DNA of 64,000 nucleotides from Lama glama (taxonomy: Eukaryota). Position 1 is the first letter of the stretch. Every line of letters begins with the position of its first letter. The DNA lies in NCBI GenBank assembly GCA_028534125.1, contig CM052816.1, positions 9,798,001-9,862,000 of the forward strand, read 5' to 3'. The translations under genes were made by a program, and so were the position numbers. Positions 63,285 through 64,000 of the stretch are shown here, piece by piece. Below the pieces are notes generated by a model, which worked only from the letters and a program-made list of their open reading frames with translations, was not told the origin of the DNA and did no database searches.

Positions 63285-64000
63285 CTGCCAAGATGAAGTA
63301 ATTTGGACATGCATTTCATTCCCATTCAAAGCAGAAGTTTGCAACATCTACACTGGTAGAAACTCATCTTTGAGCCCAAGATTTTAGCTGTGTTTCTTTC
63401 GCGTATTTCAGTTTCGCAAAATTCAGTTCAGCAAACAGAACTCGTGATTGGCTAAGGGATTGAAATAAATAAGACGTAATAGGACGGCACAGAATAAAGT
63501 AAGAGGTAGACAAGTGAACTCCACCATAATCTAAACGGTAAAGTAAGTGCAAACTTACAGGTACAAGAGAACCTGCGAACTCAGAGGTTGGGATCATGAA
63601 ATGGGATTGTGGAAATCAGGGACGGTGTCGAGGAACTGGAATAATTTGTGTGAGACTATGACGAGTAAATTGGATTTTCCTGGTTGAGAAATACGCATTT
63701 TAGATGGCTAAAATAAGCTGAGAAGCGCAGGTTGGAAACTATACGGTGTATAGCAGAACATAAATTTCTGAATGAGGGTAAGGCGCTAAATAAGGAAAGA
63801 GATAAGGAGACGGAAATGCATCTTTTAGTGAATAATGAGCTATTTGTGCATTTTAAGGAGAGCGAAGAGCAGTGTTGTGATCTGGTTAATATTTTCAAAC
63901 TTTACTCTAGCTTCGTTAGGGAGGGTGTTTGGATAAGAAAAGGAATAGAACCTAGAGGGAAGATTAGGAGACTCTATCATCTAAATAAAAGGTTAGGCTA

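Noticed and set aside
51858..63387. Plus-strand ORFs sharing [17 protein letters not shown] motifs
   Set aside because: Antisense shadows of the LEKTI domain exons.

Overview
Mammalian genomic DNA, probably camelid (tRNA-derived vic-1-like SINE at 4183-4310), covering part of the SPINK Kazal-inhibitor cluster. All genes are on the minus strand. (1) The 3' two-thirds of SPINK5/LEKTI: domains D6-D15 in 21 coding exons from 63284 to a stop at 30612, phases consistent, no in-frame stops. (2) An apparently intact four-exon, single-Kazal-domain gene at 20420-18395. It resembles the carnivore double-headed submandibular inhibitor but has only the second domain, with an ovomucoid-like C-T-L-E-Y reactive loop. 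(3) SPINK14 at 11985-7081, whose exon-2 acceptor appears shifted by 6 nt. Other notable points: the LEKTI-long cassette exon is frameshifted (89 nt), the LEKTI-short intronic stop and polyA signal are retained, and a 56-nt block is identical across the D6, D7 and D9 exons. D13 carries a one-codon insertion, and a solo ERV1/MER41-like LTR lies upstream of SPINK14. The rest is mostly L1, L2, MIR, MaLR and Tigger/hAT repeats. Exons were decoded by eye; comparisons with human, dog and turkey proteins and with repeat consensuses are from memory and need alignment.
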